Positions 26,275 to 36,393 of a stretch of DNA of 47,980 bases are shown here, piece after piece (within the stretch, counting starts at the first letter, position 1; every line of letters starts with the position of its first letter). The DNA lies in NCBI GenBank assembly GCA_036244995.1, contig BTTF01000002.1, positions 1 to 47,980 of the forward strand. Direction: 5' to 3'. The DNA is from a bacterium. Lineage in GTDB: Bacteria > Nitrospirota > Thermodesulfovibrionia > Thermodesulfovibrionales > JdFR-85. The position numbers were made by a program, and so were the translations under genes. The notes beneath the pieces were generated by a model, which saw nothing but the letters and a program-made list of their open reading frames with translations, was not told the origin of the DNA and made no database searches.

Positions 26275-26628
26275 TCAATCCCAGCTTATTACCTTAAAAA
26301 AGTGTTCATATAAACGGGGCTGCCGGACAGGGTTCAGTTCCTCATCAAAGGCTATACCTACAAAGTAAATCTTCCCCATTCTGGACAACCATACAATCCT
26401 GCCTTCTGCAGTATCGTTCTCTTTAATTCCCTTTACTGATATAAAGCTGATCTCCATTGTTACAGGGGTACCCTTTTCTAAAGGAGCATATGCGTATACC
26501 CCCATACCTGACTGTGAAATGCTTGAAACCATGGTTTCAAAGGGCTGTAGCTTTTTGTCGTTTTTTACCTCGACAACCGCCGTTGCCAATATTGGATATC
26601 TATGATGTCTACGGAGATTTTGAATCAT
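26275..26628 (-). CDS. PilZ domain protein
   Basis: 117-aa ORF with an RRHHRY (RxxxR-like) N-terminus and an xxSxxG motif (SISQSGMGV). Confidence 0.6.
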   Translation of the reverse strand: MIQNLRRHHRYPILATAVVEVKNDKKLQPFETMVSSISQSGMGVYAYAPLEKGTPVTMEISFISVKGIKENDTAEGRIVWLSRMGKIYFVGIAFDEELNPVRQPRLYEHFFKVISWD

Positions 26629-26640
26629 TTCCTCATACTG

Positions 26641-26973
26641 TCAGTTTCTCCGGAACGGTCCTTCTACCTTAAATAAGGAACTAACCCTTCCGGTTCCGGA
26701 ATTCAGAAGGTCTCTTAACTCCTTGCCTGTCCTGAAATATACAACCTTTTTCCCGGGAACCTCAACAGACTGCCCTGTCTTGGGATTTCTTGCCTTTCGC
26801 GGATTCCGGGTCTTGATCCTGAAATTACCGAAGCCCCTCAACTCCACCTTTTCACCCCTGCCAATGGCCTCACTGAGGGTCTCAAAAAAGGTCTCAACTA
26901 TTATCTCAGCCTGCTTAAGCGTAAAACCCTCCAGTCTCTCGGAGACCTTCTCAATAAGCTCAGACCTGGTCAT
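26641..26973 (-). CDS. ihfB: HU/IHF-family DNA-binding protein, IHF beta-like
   Basis: 110-aa ORF with AGGAGG upstream. It carries GFGNFRIKTRNPRKARNPKTGQSVEVPGKKVVYFRTGKELR. Its position downstream of rpsA-sppA matches the classical cmk-rpsA-ihfB synteny. Confidence 0.8.
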   Translation of the reverse strand: MTRSELIEKVSERLEGFTLKQAEIIVETFFETLSEAIGRGEKVELRGFGNFRIKTRNPRKARNPKTGQSVEVPGKKVVYFRTGKELRDLLNSGTGRVSSLFKVEGPFRRN

Positions 26974-27010
26974 AACCCCTCCTTGATTATTCAGAATGCA
27001 TTTTTCGGTT

Positions 27011-27859
27011 TTAATAATACATGGTATACTTAAGACTTACAGTGCCAAAGGCCGCTTTTAGTTCCTTCGGGATACGGCTGGTTAGCAGATCAAATATTGA
27101 TGACTTCTCTTTTTTTGACACCACATTAGGCTCACCTTTAATCCCCCCAAGTCTGGCAGCCTCCATAATGGCATCCTGCATATTACCAAGGGCATCAACC
27201 AACCCCACTGCTTTTGCCTGCCTTCCTGTAAAGACACGTCCATCAGCAATCTCCCTGACTCGCTCGTAAGGAATTCCCCTACCCTCGGAGACAGCCCTGA
27301 TAAACTGGTCATGGACATCATCAAGCACACCCTGCAGGATGGCCCTGTCCCCTTTACTTATCCCCCTGAAGACAGACGCCAGGTCTTTATGTTTACCACT
27401 CTTTATCACCTCTGTCCTGATTCCCACCTTATCCATAAGACCCTTAAAGTTCGGTATCTCCATGATTACTCCGATCGACCCTGTAACGGTCCCTGGGTTG
27501 GCATATATTTTAGTTGCCGGAGCAGATATATAGTACCCGCCTGAAGCCGCTACAGACCCCATTGAGACGACAACGGGTTTTATCTTCATCAGTTTACCCA
27601 CCTCCTCATAAATCTCCTGAGATGGTCCAACGGCGCCTCCCGGGCTGTCTACTCTTAAAACTATGGCCTTGACACTTGAGTCTTTCCTGTATTTCCGTAG
27701 TTGCTCGATGGCGCTTCCTGAAGAGACGATAGGGCCTTCTACCCTTACAAGGGCTATCTTCTCCCCTATCGGCATATACCTGCCAACGAAAGTCACAATC
27801 AGGCTCAGAAGGATAGTAGCCAACAGCACTATTGCTAATACCATACAGACTTTCTTCAT
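27011..27859 (-). CDS. sppA: signal peptide peptidase SppA, 36K type
   Basis: 282-aa ORF with an N-terminal TM segment. Conserved blocks are VDSPGGAV, AASGGYYIS and GSIGV. Confidence 0.85.
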   Translation of the reverse strand: MKKVCMVLAIVLLATILLSLIVTFVGRYMPIGEKIALVRVEGPIVSSGSAIEQLRKYRKDSSVKAIVLRVDSPGGAVGPSQEIYEEVGKLMKIKPVVVSMGSVAASGGYYISAPATKIYANPGTVTGSIGVIMEIPNFKGLMDKVGIRTEVIKSGKHKDLASVFRGISKGDRAILQGVLDDVHDQFIRAVSEGRGIPYERVREIADGRVFTGRQAKAVGLVDALGNMQDAIMEAARLGGIKGEPNVVSKKEKSSIFDLLTSRIPKELKAAFGTVSLKYTMYY

Positions 27860-27913
27860 TTGTCTCCCTAAAGAGCTTCAGAGTCCGGGATCAATCCCCT
27901 ACCAGGACCTGAA

Positions 27914-29503
27914 CTACTCATTCGTTTCATGTTTTAGCGTTTTCAGGCTTAGTCCGATCTTTCGACCTTCCACATCCACCTTGATAATCCTGACAACTAT
28001 TTCATCCCCATCCTTATAAACCTCGTCGGGCTTTTCTGCACCGGTGTCAATTTCCGAAGAATAGACAAGACCCTCAACCTCACCTTCAAGCTCGACAAAG
28101 ATGCCAAACTCCGTATGTCTCAGTACCTTGCATTTAACCTCCTCAGCAAGCCGAAAATTTGACGGTATTTTCTCTTCCCAGGGGTCCGGGACAAGCTGTT
28201 TGAGACCAAGGGCCATCCTCTCTTTTTCAGGCTCCAGGCTCAGGATGACAGCTTCGATCATCTGTCCTTTACGCAGGACCTCGGATGGATGCCTGACATG
28301 CTTCGTCCATGACATATCAGATATATGAAGCAGGGCATCCACTCCCTCCGGCAATCCGATAAAGGCCCCAAATTCCGTCAGGCTCCTTACCCTGCCACTT
28401 ATACGCTGACCAACCTCATATCTCTCGGCAACGAGTTTCCAGGGCTTTGGCTTTAACTGCTTGATCCCCAGAGAAACCCTCCTCTCCTTTGGATCAACCT
28501 TCAGTATCTGTGCATCTACAAAATCCCCGATCTCCATATAATTTGAAGGATGCCTGGGTCTGGGAGACCAGTCGAGTTCAGAGACATGCACCAACCCCTC
28601 CACCCCGTCTTCAATCTCAACAAAGGCACCATAATCAGTAAGACTTACCACCTTGCCGCTAACCACCCTGCCGACCGGATACTTGACTTCGATATCAAGC
28701 CATGGGTCGGATCTTTTCTGTTTATATCCCAGGGTAACCTTTTCAGTCTCAGGTGCAAAGTTGAGCACCATCACCTCAACCTCCTGCCCAACATTAAAGA
28801 CATCGGATGGGTGTCTTATCCTGCCCCAGGATATGTCGGATATGTGAAGAAGACCATCAATTCCTCCAAGGTCGACAAAGACGCCATAATCGGTAATATT
28901 TTTGACAACTCCGGACAGGACGCTCTCGGGCTTGAGATTGGCAAGGGTCTTTTCCCTGAGCTTAGCCCTCTCTTCCTCTAATATAACCCTCCTTGAAACA
29001 ATCACGTTTGTCAACTTGCTGTTAAATTTCAGGACCCTGATCTCGATTTCCTGTCCGATAAGGCTATCAGGGTCTTTTAAAGGTTTCAGGTCTGCCTGGG
29101 ACCCCGGCATAAAGGCCCTTATACCTGCAATATCCACATTATATCCACCCTTGATCCTCTCCATCACTATCCCCTCAACAGGTGTACCGTCTTTCTGCGC
29201 TTCCTCCAGCCGCTGTAATGTCCTTATCCTCCTCGCCTTCTCCGGAGACAGTATTACGAGACCGTCAGCATCAATCTTTGATACATATACCTCTATCTCA
29301 ACTCCTTCGCTGAGCCCCCCCCTATCCTTTTCTGCAAATTCCTCTATGGATATAAAACCCTCGGACTTATATCCGATATCAACAACCACACTGTCCGCTT
29401 TTATGGAAAGAACCTTTCCTTTTAATATGGTTCCTTCAACAATATCAGGAATTGTTCCGGAGTAAAGTTCGTCAAGCTCCCTGTTATGAGTCTCCATTAG
29501 CAA
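27914..29503 (-). CDS. rpsA: 30S ribosomal protein S1
   Basis: 529-aa ORF with six S1 (OB-fold) repeats (G.V....D.G.FV.L..G..GL.H.S). AGGAGG lies 5 nt before the TTG at 29503. Alternative ATG at 29497. Confidence 0.9.
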   Translation of the reverse strand: MLMETHNRELDELYSGTIPDIVEGTILKGKVLSIKADSVVVDIGYKSEGFISIEEFAEKDRGGLSEGVEIEVYVSKIDADGLVILSPEKARRIRTLQRLEEAQKDGTPVEGIVMERIKGGYNVDIAGIRAFMPGSQADLKPLKDPDSLIGQEIEIRVLKFNSKLTNVIVSRRVILEEERAKLREKTLANLKPESVLSGVVKNITDYGVFVDLGGIDGLLHISDISWGRIRHPSDVFNVGQEVEVMVLNFAPETEKVTLGYKQKRSDPWLDIEVKYPVGRVVSGKVVSLTDYGAFVEIEDGVEGLVHVSELDWSPRPRHPSNYMEIGDFVDAQILKVDPKERRVSLGIKQLKPKPWKLVAERYEVGQRISGRVRSLTEFGAFIGLPEGVDALLHISDMSWTKHVRHPSEVLRKGQMIEAVILSLEPEKERMALGLKQLVPDPWEEKIPSNFRLAEEVKCKVLRHTEFGIFVELEGEVEGLVYSSEIDTGAEKPDEVYKDGDEIVVRIIKVDVEGRKIGLSLKTLKHETNE

Positions 29504-29521
29504 AATAACCTCCTGTATAAC

Positions 29522-30382
29522 CTAAGATTCCCGACCTCTGGAAGCACATCCCAGCTCTCCAATGGCCTCTATTTTTTTTACTATATCATTTATTATCCAG
29601 TCAGGGGTAGAAGCTCCGGCGGTTATGCCAGTTTTTTCCACCCCGTCAAACCACTCCGGACACAAATCGCCGGCTGTCTCAACATGGTATGTCCTTACCC
29701 TGCTGTCATTACATAAAGTGACAAGCTGTTTTGTATTTGCACTGTTTTTTCCGCCAACAACGAGCATAAGGTCAACCTTCCTGGTCATATCCTCTGTCTC
29801 TCTCAACCTGAGGGCTGTTGAGTTACAAATGGTATTATATACTTTTACCTCTTTTACTGTCTTTATAACCTTGTCAAGTAACTTCTTCAAGGCCTCAACA
29901 GGCTGTGTGGTCTGAACAACAACGCCAACGCGTGAATTAAGTATGGGTATTTCGTCAGCGTCTCTCACAACAATGGCACTCTCACCGGCATAGCTCAGAA
30001 TTCCTTTTACTTCGGGGTGGTCCTTATCACCGAGAATAAGCACCTGATAGCCTTCTTCCCTGAGAAGTTTAGCATATTGCTGCGCCTTTTTTACAAACGG
30101 ACAGGTGGCATCAATAAGCTCAAATCTTCCATCAGTGAGTCCTTTATAAATATCAGAAGGGATACCATGAGTCCGTACTATGAGTATATCCACATCATCT
30201 GAAATTTTATTCAGTGGCCGCACACCGGCCTCACGCAGTTTCTCCACAACCTGGGGATTGTGGATTATGGGTCCGAGTGTAGCCACCCTCTTTGCAGACC
30301 TTTCAGCTGTTCTAAATGCTATATTAACAGCCCTTTTTACACCAAAACAAAAACCGGCTCCCTTTGCAATATATATATCCAT
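29522..30382 (-). CDS. ispH: 4-hydroxy-3-methylbut-2-enyl diphosphate reductase
   Basis: 286-aa ORF with GFCFGVKRAV, GPIIHNPQVV, ATCPFV and SANT motifs. Confidence 0.9.
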   Translation of the reverse strand: MDIYIAKGAGFCFGVKRAVNIAFRTAERSAKRVATLGPIIHNPQVVEKLREAGVRPLNKISDDVDILIVRTHGIPSDIYKGLTDGRFELIDATCPFVKKAQQYAKLLREEGYQVLILGDKDHPEVKGILSYAGESAIVVRDADEIPILNSRVGVVVQTTQPVEALKKLLDKVIKTVKEVKVYNTICNSTALRLRETEDMTRKVDLMLVVGGKNSANTKQLVTLCNDSRVRTYHVETAGDLCPEWFDGVEKTGITAGASTPDWIINDIVKKIEAIGELGCASRGRES

Positions 30383-30397
30383 AAATAAAACCCCTGG

Positions 30398-31015
30398 TTA
30401 TAATTTTGAGTTACGCATTGTGGGTTCCGGCTTAAGTTCCCTGATTTTATCCATAATCTCATCAGCTATCCGTTGCTGAAAACCCTTGCTTGTTTCAGCA
30501 CCTCTATATTCAATGGGGACTCCAAAGGTCACTTTCACTCTCGTCGGTCTTAAAAATCCGGCACCTACAGGCAAGGCCCTTTCCGTACCCTCAATCAATG
30601 CCGGAACAATCTTTGCGTGACTCAGGGCTGCAACCATGGCAACCCCTCTCTTTCCTCCTCCGACCTCTCCCTCCATACTCCTTCTGCCCTCCGGAAACAT
30701 CACAAGAACCTTACCCTCTTTCAATTGCCTCACTGCCTCCTTTATTGCAGAGGGTCTGGCCCTGTCCCTATCAACAGGAATGGACAAACGTCTCACAAAC
30801 CATCCGATTACAGGCACATGAAAAAGACTGCTCTTGGCCATGAAGACCGCCCTCCTCCTTATACATGCACCGATAAGTGGGGGGTCGAGATAGCTCAGAT
30901 GATTTGCAGCGATTATAACTCCCCCCCCGGCAGGTATATTCTCCATCCCCCTGACCTCACAACAAAAGAATACTTTATAAATTATCTTGAGTACAGCTCT
31001 TAATATCCAGTACAT
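30398..31015 (-). CDS. plsC: 1-acyl-sn-glycerol-3-phosphate acyltransferase
   Basis: 205-aa ORF with the NHLSYLD (HX4D) and FPEGRR acyltransferase motifs. Confidence 0.8.
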   Translation of the reverse strand: MYWILRAVLKIIYKVFFCCEVRGMENIPAGGGVIIAANHLSYLDPPLIGACIRRRAVFMAKSSLFHVPVIGWFVRRLSIPVDRDRARPSAIKEAVRQLKEGKVLVMFPEGRRSMEGEVGGGKRGVAMVAALSHAKIVPALIEGTERALPVGAGFLRPTRVKVTFGVPIEYRGAETSKGFQQRIADEIMDKIRELKPEPTMRNSKL

Positions 31016-31050
31016 AACAGGTTACAAACAGGTAACGGATTTCAAATCCA

Positions 31051-31713
31051 TCACCTGTTATCTATAAGGAACTCTAACATCTTTTTAATGGTCTCTTCAA
31101 TCCCCATGGATGTGGTGTCAATATAAATTGCGTCCTGCGCCTGTTTCAGGGGAGCCAGCTCCCGGCGGGAATCCCTCTCATCTCTCTGCTGCACATCCTG
31201 CAGGGCCTCCTCCATTGTAACAGCCATCCCCTTTTGCACTAACTGAAGGTGCCTTCGCTTTGCCCTTTCCTGTTGGGAGGCGTCAAGAAAAAACTTCAGC
31301 CAGGCATCAGGAAAGACAACAGTCCCCATGTCCCTGCCTTCAACAACCGTATCGTATTTTTCAGGATAAGCCCGCTGTATGGCAAAGAGGAACTCTCTCA
31401 CAGGTCTCCTTGCAGAAAATACCGATGAGTAATGCCCTATCTCGGGAGTCCTGATAGCCTCAGACACATCCTCTCCATTTATAAAGACCCTGCCTTCAGA
31501 GAAGCCTGTATCCAGCCCCTTCAGAAGTTGGGTTAAAGTCTCGTCATTAACATCTTCGCTGAGTCCGTACCGTCTCAGATAGAGTGCAACCGCCCGGTAA
31601 AGGGCCCCCGTATCAAGATACCGGAACCCCAGATTGTCTGCCAGCAGCCTGGCAACCGTACTCTTACCGGCCCCTGATGGGCCGTCTATTGTTATAATCC
31701 GTTTCCTGGTCAT
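31051..31713 (-). CDS. cmk: cytidylate kinase
   Basis: 220-aa ORF with the P-loop ITIDGPSGAGKST and YLDTGALYRA. Confidence 0.9.
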   Translation of the reverse strand: MTRKRIITIDGPSGAGKSTVARLLADNLGFRYLDTGALYRAVALYLRRYGLSEDVNDETLTQLLKGLDTGFSEGRVFINGEDVSEAIRTPEIGHYSSVFSARRPVREFLFAIQRAYPEKYDTVVEGRDMGTVVFPDAWLKFFLDASQQERAKRRHLQLVQKGMAVTMEEALQDVQQRDERDSRRELAPLKQAQDAIYIDTTSMGIEETIKKMLEFLIDNR

Positions 31714-31725
31714 CTTGATTATTAC

Positions 31726-31914
31726 CCCGGCATTTATTCAGAGAGACATGTTCGTCTGCAATATCAAACAGTTAGCCAGATGAAAACCCGCTCTTTACAC
31801 ACACCCTGCCCCCTCTTTTTAGAGGGGAGAGTACATGCTTCCTGTTTTCCCCTCTATCAAGAGGGGATTAAGGGGTGTGTGCCTTTTAAAAACTCTGTTT
31901 TTATTTGCCGGTTT
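31726..31914 (-). repeat. 189-nt structured interspersed element, copy A (MITE- or sRNA-like)
   Basis: It is about 96% identical (8 mismatches, no gaps by hand alignment) to the reverse complement of 47388..47576. In the core at 31798-31881, the outer stem cacacaccc/gggtgtgtg encloses two copies of the hairpin cccctct-N4-agagggg. I assigned the strand so that both copies have the same sense. Confidence 0.85.
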
Positions 31915-31951
31915 ATTAACCTGGCTGTGAACAACAGACATCCCGGTACTA

Positions 31952-33244
31952 TCACCCCGTAAGCTCCAGAATCCGGTCATAAAAGCCCGGAAATGATATA
32001 TCAACAGCCGCAACACCTTGCACCGTAGTACAGCCCTCTGCCACAAGTGCAGCCACTGAGAGGGACATTGCCACACGATGGTCGTTATGAGCCTCCAGCG
32101 TCGTACCCCTCAGATTCACGGGACCACTGATCTCCAGTCCGTCCGGGTATTCAGTTACATTAACCCCCATCTTTCCCAGCTCAGAGGCCATAGCGGCAAT
32201 CCTGTCGGATTCCTTTACCCTGAGTTCCCCCGCTCCCCTGATGGTTGTCGTCCCCTCAGCCCTGGAGGCCAGCACACAGAAAACCGGAAACTCGTCAATC
32301 ATTGCAGGGACATCCTCCGGTGTAATCTCTGTTGCAGTGAGCTTCTCAGAATATCGGCAGAGAATATCGGCAACCATCTCCCCCGAGACAATCCTCTTAT
32401 CTATAATCTCCATATCCGCCCCCATCCTCTTCATGATATCGAACAGGCCTGTACGGGTCGGGTTAATACCAACATTTCTTAGCAGAATCTCCGAATCCTT
32501 TATAATTGCCGCTGCCACCATAAAAAAGGCTGCTGATGAAAAATCGCCGGGAATCGTCATTTCAAAAGATCTCAATTCATTTCCCCCCGATACTATAATC
32601 CTGAGTCCCTCAACCCTGAGAGCTGCTCCGATAGCAGGCAGCATCCGCTCTGTATGGTCCCTGGACTTTCGGGGTTCCTCCACAACCGTTTCACCCGCCG
32701 CATACAGGGCGGCAAGCAGGACGGCAGATTTTACCTGGGCCGAGGCAACGGGGCTTTTAAAGTGGATTCCCCTCAGCCCCCCACCCTTTACAGCAATCGG
32801 TGCAAGCGTATCCCCTGCCCTTCCATACATACGTGCCCCCATCATCCTCAACGGCTCTATAATCCTTTTCATCGGCCTCTGCCTGAGGGAACCATCACCT
32901 GTCAGGACAGAGAAAAAAGGCTGTCCGGATAAAAGACCTGCAAGCAACCTCATGGTGGTACCGGAATTACCGCAATCCATCACATCCTCCGGCTCCCCGA
33001 GACCATAAAGGCCCTCTCCACAGACCTCTACTGTCTCCCCGGAATCCCTTATTTCCACGCCAAGTGCCTTCATGGCATTAAGGGTTCTCAGCGGATCATC
33101 AGCCCTCAGAAGATTACGGATAATGCTTTTGCCCTTTGCAATGGATGCAAAGATGAGGGCCCTGTGAGAAATGGATTTATCAGGAGGTGGCGTAACCTCC
33201 CCCCTGAGTGGGCCTGACCTTAAAAGTTTAATGCTGTCAACCAT
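31952..33244 (-). CDS. aroA: 3-phosphoshikimate 1-carboxyvinyltransferase (EPSP synthase)
   Basis: 430-aa ORF with PPDKSISHRALIFA, GNSGTTMRLL and RVKESDRI motifs. Confidence 0.9.
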   Translation of the reverse strand: MVDSIKLLRSGPLRGEVTPPPDKSISHRALIFASIAKGKSIIRNLLRADDPLRTLNAMKALGVEIRDSGETVEVCGEGLYGLGEPEDVMDCGNSGTTMRLLAGLLSGQPFFSVLTGDGSLRQRPMKRIIEPLRMMGARMYGRAGDTLAPIAVKGGGLRGIHFKSPVASAQVKSAVLLAALYAAGETVVEEPRKSRDHTERMLPAIGAALRVEGLRIIVSGGNELRSFEMTIPGDFSSAAFFMVAAAIIKDSEILLRNVGINPTRTGLFDIMKRMGADMEIIDKRIVSGEMVADILCRYSEKLTATEITPEDVPAMIDEFPVFCVLASRAEGTTTIRGAGELRVKESDRIAAMASELGKMGVNVTEYPDGLEISGPVNLRGTTLEAHNDHRVAMSLSVAALVAEGCTTVQGVAAVDISFPGFYDRILELTG

Positions 33245-33340
33245 TTTCTGTTATTAGCTGTTTGAGGTATAGAAAATCAGAGATATAAAAGTTTTTGCTT
33301 CTCTTGTTCCGAATAACCGTCAACTTATAACGGATAACAT

Positions 33341-34192
33341 CTATAAAAGTTTGCCCCTCAAGCTCTGCGCCTTCTCAAACAGCACTTCCAGACCTTCAGA
33401 GTCATTCCTCTTCAGGGCATCGACCATACCGGCGAGACTCTCCTGAAACCTTTGCACAAGGTCAAGAAGGTTTTCCTTATTTTTAAAACAGATATCCCTC
33501 CAGAGCTCGGGAGAGCTGAGGGCCACCCGTGTAGTGTCCTTAAAACCCTTGCCCGCATAATGAACATACTCAGGATTAACATCACTTACCGTATTGACAA
33601 GGGCATAGGCGATGAGATGGGGAAGATGACTGACAAGGGCAAAGACCAGGTCATGCTCTTCGGGAGAGAGGAAACAGACCTCGGCCCCGATTGCGGTCCA
33701 GAGTTCGGCAACCTTCCTGACTGCATCTTCAGGTGTATGCTCCGTAGGGGTTATAATACACTTCGCACCGGCAAAGAGATTCTCAGTGGCGGCATCAATC
33801 CCCGAACGGTCAGAGCCTGCAACAGGATGCCCGCCAACAAATGTGACACCCTCGGGCATCATCCCTTCCATCTCCCTTGCGAGTCTCCCCTTAACACTGC
33901 CCACGTCTGTAACAATAGCTCCCTTTTTGAGAAAGGGCTCTGTCTCTTCAATTACTGCCTTAAAGCATCCAACCGGGGTGGCAAGTACAACAAGGTCTGC
34001 CCCTTTCACTATCTCTGAATGCCTGAGGCTGTACGAGTCTATCACACCTTGCTGTATTGCCTTTTTAAGGTTGCTCTCCTTGCGGCCCGACCCCCTGATC
34101 TCGGCAGCAAGACCATATTTCCTGAGGGCAAGGGCAAGAGATGATCCTATAAGCCCGACCCCTATGATTGCAACCTCGTTAAACTTGATCAT
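33341..34192 (-). CDS. tyrA: prephenate dehydrogenase
   Basis: 283-aa ORF with the Rossmann motif IIGVGLIGSS, plus VTDVGSVK and GGHPVAGS. Confidence 0.85.
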   Translation of the reverse strand: MIKFNEVAIIGVGLIGSSLALALRKYGLAAEIRGSGRKESNLKKAIQQGVIDSYSLRHSEIVKGADLVVLATPVGCFKAVIEETEPFLKKGAIVTDVGSVKGRLAREMEGMMPEGVTFVGGHPVAGSDRSGIDAATENLFAGAKCIITPTEHTPEDAVRKVAELWTAIGAEVCFLSPEEHDLVFALVSHLPHLIAYALVNTVSDVNPEYVHYAGKGFKDTTRVALSSPELWRDICFKNKENLLDLVQRFQESLAGMVDALKRNDSEGLEVLFEKAQSLRGKLL

Positions 34193-34202
34193 TTCTGTAT
34201 CC

Positions 34203-35228
34203 TCAGACTTCCCTGCCTATGGCCCCGGCAATAAGCCCTATCTCATCCATCAACTGTTTGAACACCTCCGGTCTGAGTGATTGCTCACCATCAGAGAGGG
34301 CCTCCTCCGGATTGGTATGCACCTCTATTACAAGCCCGTCAGCTCCTGCTGCCACAGCTGCCCGTGCCATTGGGATAACAAGTCCCCACTTACCCACACC
34401 ATGGCTCGGATCAACCATCACGGGCAGGTGCGTAAGATGCTTCAGCACCGGGATTGCTGAAAGGTCAAGGGTGTTTCTGGTTGCTGTCTCAAAGGTTCTG
34501 ATCCCCCGTTCACAGAGGATAACATCAAGATTACCCCTGGACATTATATATTCCGCCGCCATGAGCCATTCCTTTATTGTGGCTGAAAGACCCCGCTTAA
34601 GAAGCACGGGCTTCTTTATCTCTCCAACCTCTAAAAGGAGTCTGAAGTTCTGCATATTCCTGGCCCCGATCTGGATAATATCAGTGTACCTGGCAACCAC
34701 CTCTATATCCCTTGGGTCCATAAGCTCTGTAACCACCGGCAGACCCGTAGTTTCCCTGGCCGCGGCAAGTATCTGGAGACCCTCTTCACCAAGGCCCTGG
34801 AATGTATACGGAGAGGTCCTTGGTTTAAATGCACCTCCACGTATAAATGTTGCCCCCGCTTCCTTTACCTTTTTGGCTATATTGACAAAGATGGTCTTGT
34901 TCTCTACCGCACAGGGTCCGGCCATAACATGAATTCTCTTGCCGCCGATAACATTCCCATTAATATCAATAAGGGTGTCTTCCTTTTTGAAATCCCTGCT
35001 TGCAAGCTTGTAGGGCTTAAGAATCCTCATTACAGTCTCAACACAATCGATTGCCCTTATTGCATTCTCTTCATCCTCCGAGACCCTTGAGGTATCTCCG
35101 ATTACGCCGATAATCGTCCTCTCCGTACCACTTGATATATTGGCCTTAAGCCCTTTTCCTGCGAGTTTCTTGATAATATGCCTTATATCTTCTTCTGTTG
35201 CAGAAGGGTTCAACACTATAATATCCAT
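34203..35228 (-). CDS. aroF: 3-deoxy-7-phosphoheptulonate (DAHP) synthase, type I-beta with an N-terminal regulatory domain
   Basis: AAGGAGG lies 5 nt before the ATG at 35228. Conserved blocks are [30 protein letters not shown] and ERGIRTFE. Confidence 0.85.
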   Translation of the reverse strand: MDIIVLNPSATEEDIRHIIKKLAGKGLKANISSGTERTIIGVIGDTSRVSEDEENAIRAIDCVETVMRILKPYKLASRDFKKEDTLIDINGNVIGGKRIHVMAGPCAVENKTIFVNIAKKVKEAGATFIRGGAFKPRTSPYTFQGLGEEGLQILAAARETTGLPVVTELMDPRDIEVVARYTDIIQIGARNMQNFRLLLEVGEIKKPVLLKRGLSATIKEWLMAAEYIMSRGNLDVILCERGIRTFETATRNTLDLSAIPVLKHLTHLPVMVDPSHGVGKWGLVIPMARAAVAAGADGLVIEVHTNPEEALSDGEQSLRPEVFKQLMDEIGLIAGAIGREV

Positions 35229-35301
35229 ATGATCCTCCTTTTCGTTTTCCGATATCAAAATTAATCCTGAAAAAACAGAAATTGTATTTACACCGCAATA
35301 C

Positions 35302-36393
35302 TCACGAAATTAAAATCTTACCGATAACAGCCCCAAGGGCCTCAACAAGCAACCTGTTTTCTTCGGGAAGACCTACTGTAATCCGTACTGCAGCAGCACC
35401 TATGGGCCGGATGATTACCCCCATCTTCAACAGGTGATTATAAAGCTCTACCGCAACAGGACGGTCAAATGTTATATATATAAAGTTTGCCTCTGTGGCA
35501 ACGAAATCCAGACCCAGCCTTCGGAACTCCTTATATAAATATGCCTTACCCTCCTCATTCAGGGCAATTGACCTCTCTACGTGTCCGGAATCTCCTACAG
35601 AGGCAATGGCGGCAGCCTGGGCAACGCTACTGGTATTAAAAGGCTCCCGCACCTTGTTCATCTCTCTTACAATCTCCTCCCTGGAGATTCCGTATCCTAT
35701 TCTGAGTCCCGCAAGGCCGTAGACCTTTGAAAACGTCCTCAATATGAGAATGTCCCGTCCTGCCTTCAGGTACTCCATGGCATCAGGGTATCTGCTGTCA
35801 CGCACATACTCCCTGTACGCCTCATCAACAATCACCAGGACACCGTCGGGCACCCTCCGCATAAATTCATCAAACTCATCGGTATGGTTTATTGTGCCTG
35901 TCGGGTTATTCGGATTTGCAACAAAGATAATCCTTGTCCTCTCCGTAATCTCCCCTGCCATGGCATCAAGGTCATGCCTCCACTCCCTCAGCGGTACCTG
36001 TACGGCCTTTGCACCAACCGATTGAGCGGCCATGGGATAAACCACAAACGACGGAGCACCCATTATTGCCTCATCTCCGGCAGTCATGAAGGTCCTGACC
36101 GCAATATCTATGAGTTCATTTGAACCATTGCCGATAATAAGCCCTTCCGGCCTTACAGCTAACTTCTCTGATAACGCATTCTTAAGGTAAAAACCACTGC
36201 CGTCAGGATAGCGGTTAAGTCTGCCGGTCACTTTGTATATGGCCTCTACAGCCTTTGGAGACGGACCTAACGGGTTCTCATTGGATGCAAGTTTAACTGC
36301 ATCCTCTATTCCGAGTTCCCTTTGAAGTTCCTCTACCGGTTTCCCGGGCATATAGGGCTTGATAGACTGTATATGCCCGGGAGGTCTGATCAT
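35302..36393 (-). CDS. hisC: histidinol-phosphate / aromatic aminotransferase
   Basis: 363-aa ORF with [19 protein letters not shown] and [15 protein letters not shown] (PLP lysine). Its start overlaps the pheA stop. Confidence 0.85.
   Translation of the reverse strand: MIRPPGHIQSIKPYMPGKPVEELQRELGIEDAVKLASNENPLGPSPKAVEAIYKVTGRLNRYPDGSGFYLKNALSEKLAVRPEGLIIGNGSNELIDIAVRTFMTAGDEAIMGAPSFVVYPMAAQSVGAKAVQVPLREWRHDLDAMAGEITERTRIIFVANPNNPTGTINHTDEFDEFMRRVPDGVLVIVDEAYREYVRDSRYPDAMEYLKAGRDILILRTFSKVYGLAGLRIGYGISREEIVREMNKVREPFNTSSVAQAAAIASVGDSGHVERSIALNEEGKAYLYKEFRRLGLDFVATEANFIYITFDRPVAVELYNHLLKMGVIIRPIGAAAVRITVGLPEENRLLVEALGAVIGKILIS

Noticed and set aside
31780-31962. 60-aa ORF (MKTRSLHTPCPLFLEGRV...) and its near-duplicate at 47445-47645.
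   Set aside because: Both are read-throughs of the 189-nt structured repeat. The shared peptide is an artefact of the palindromic GC stems and has no SD.
32241-33008. 255-aa plus-strand ORF. Other long antisense ORFs include 34219-34932, 28902-29465, 8384-8866, 17192-17686, 20367-20852 and 33452-34018.
   Set aside because: All lie antisense to well-supported genes (aroA, DAHP synthase, rpsA, the lipoprotein gene and the cytochromes). They have low-complexity Ser/Pro/Arg-rich translations and no SD, so they are shadow ORFs.
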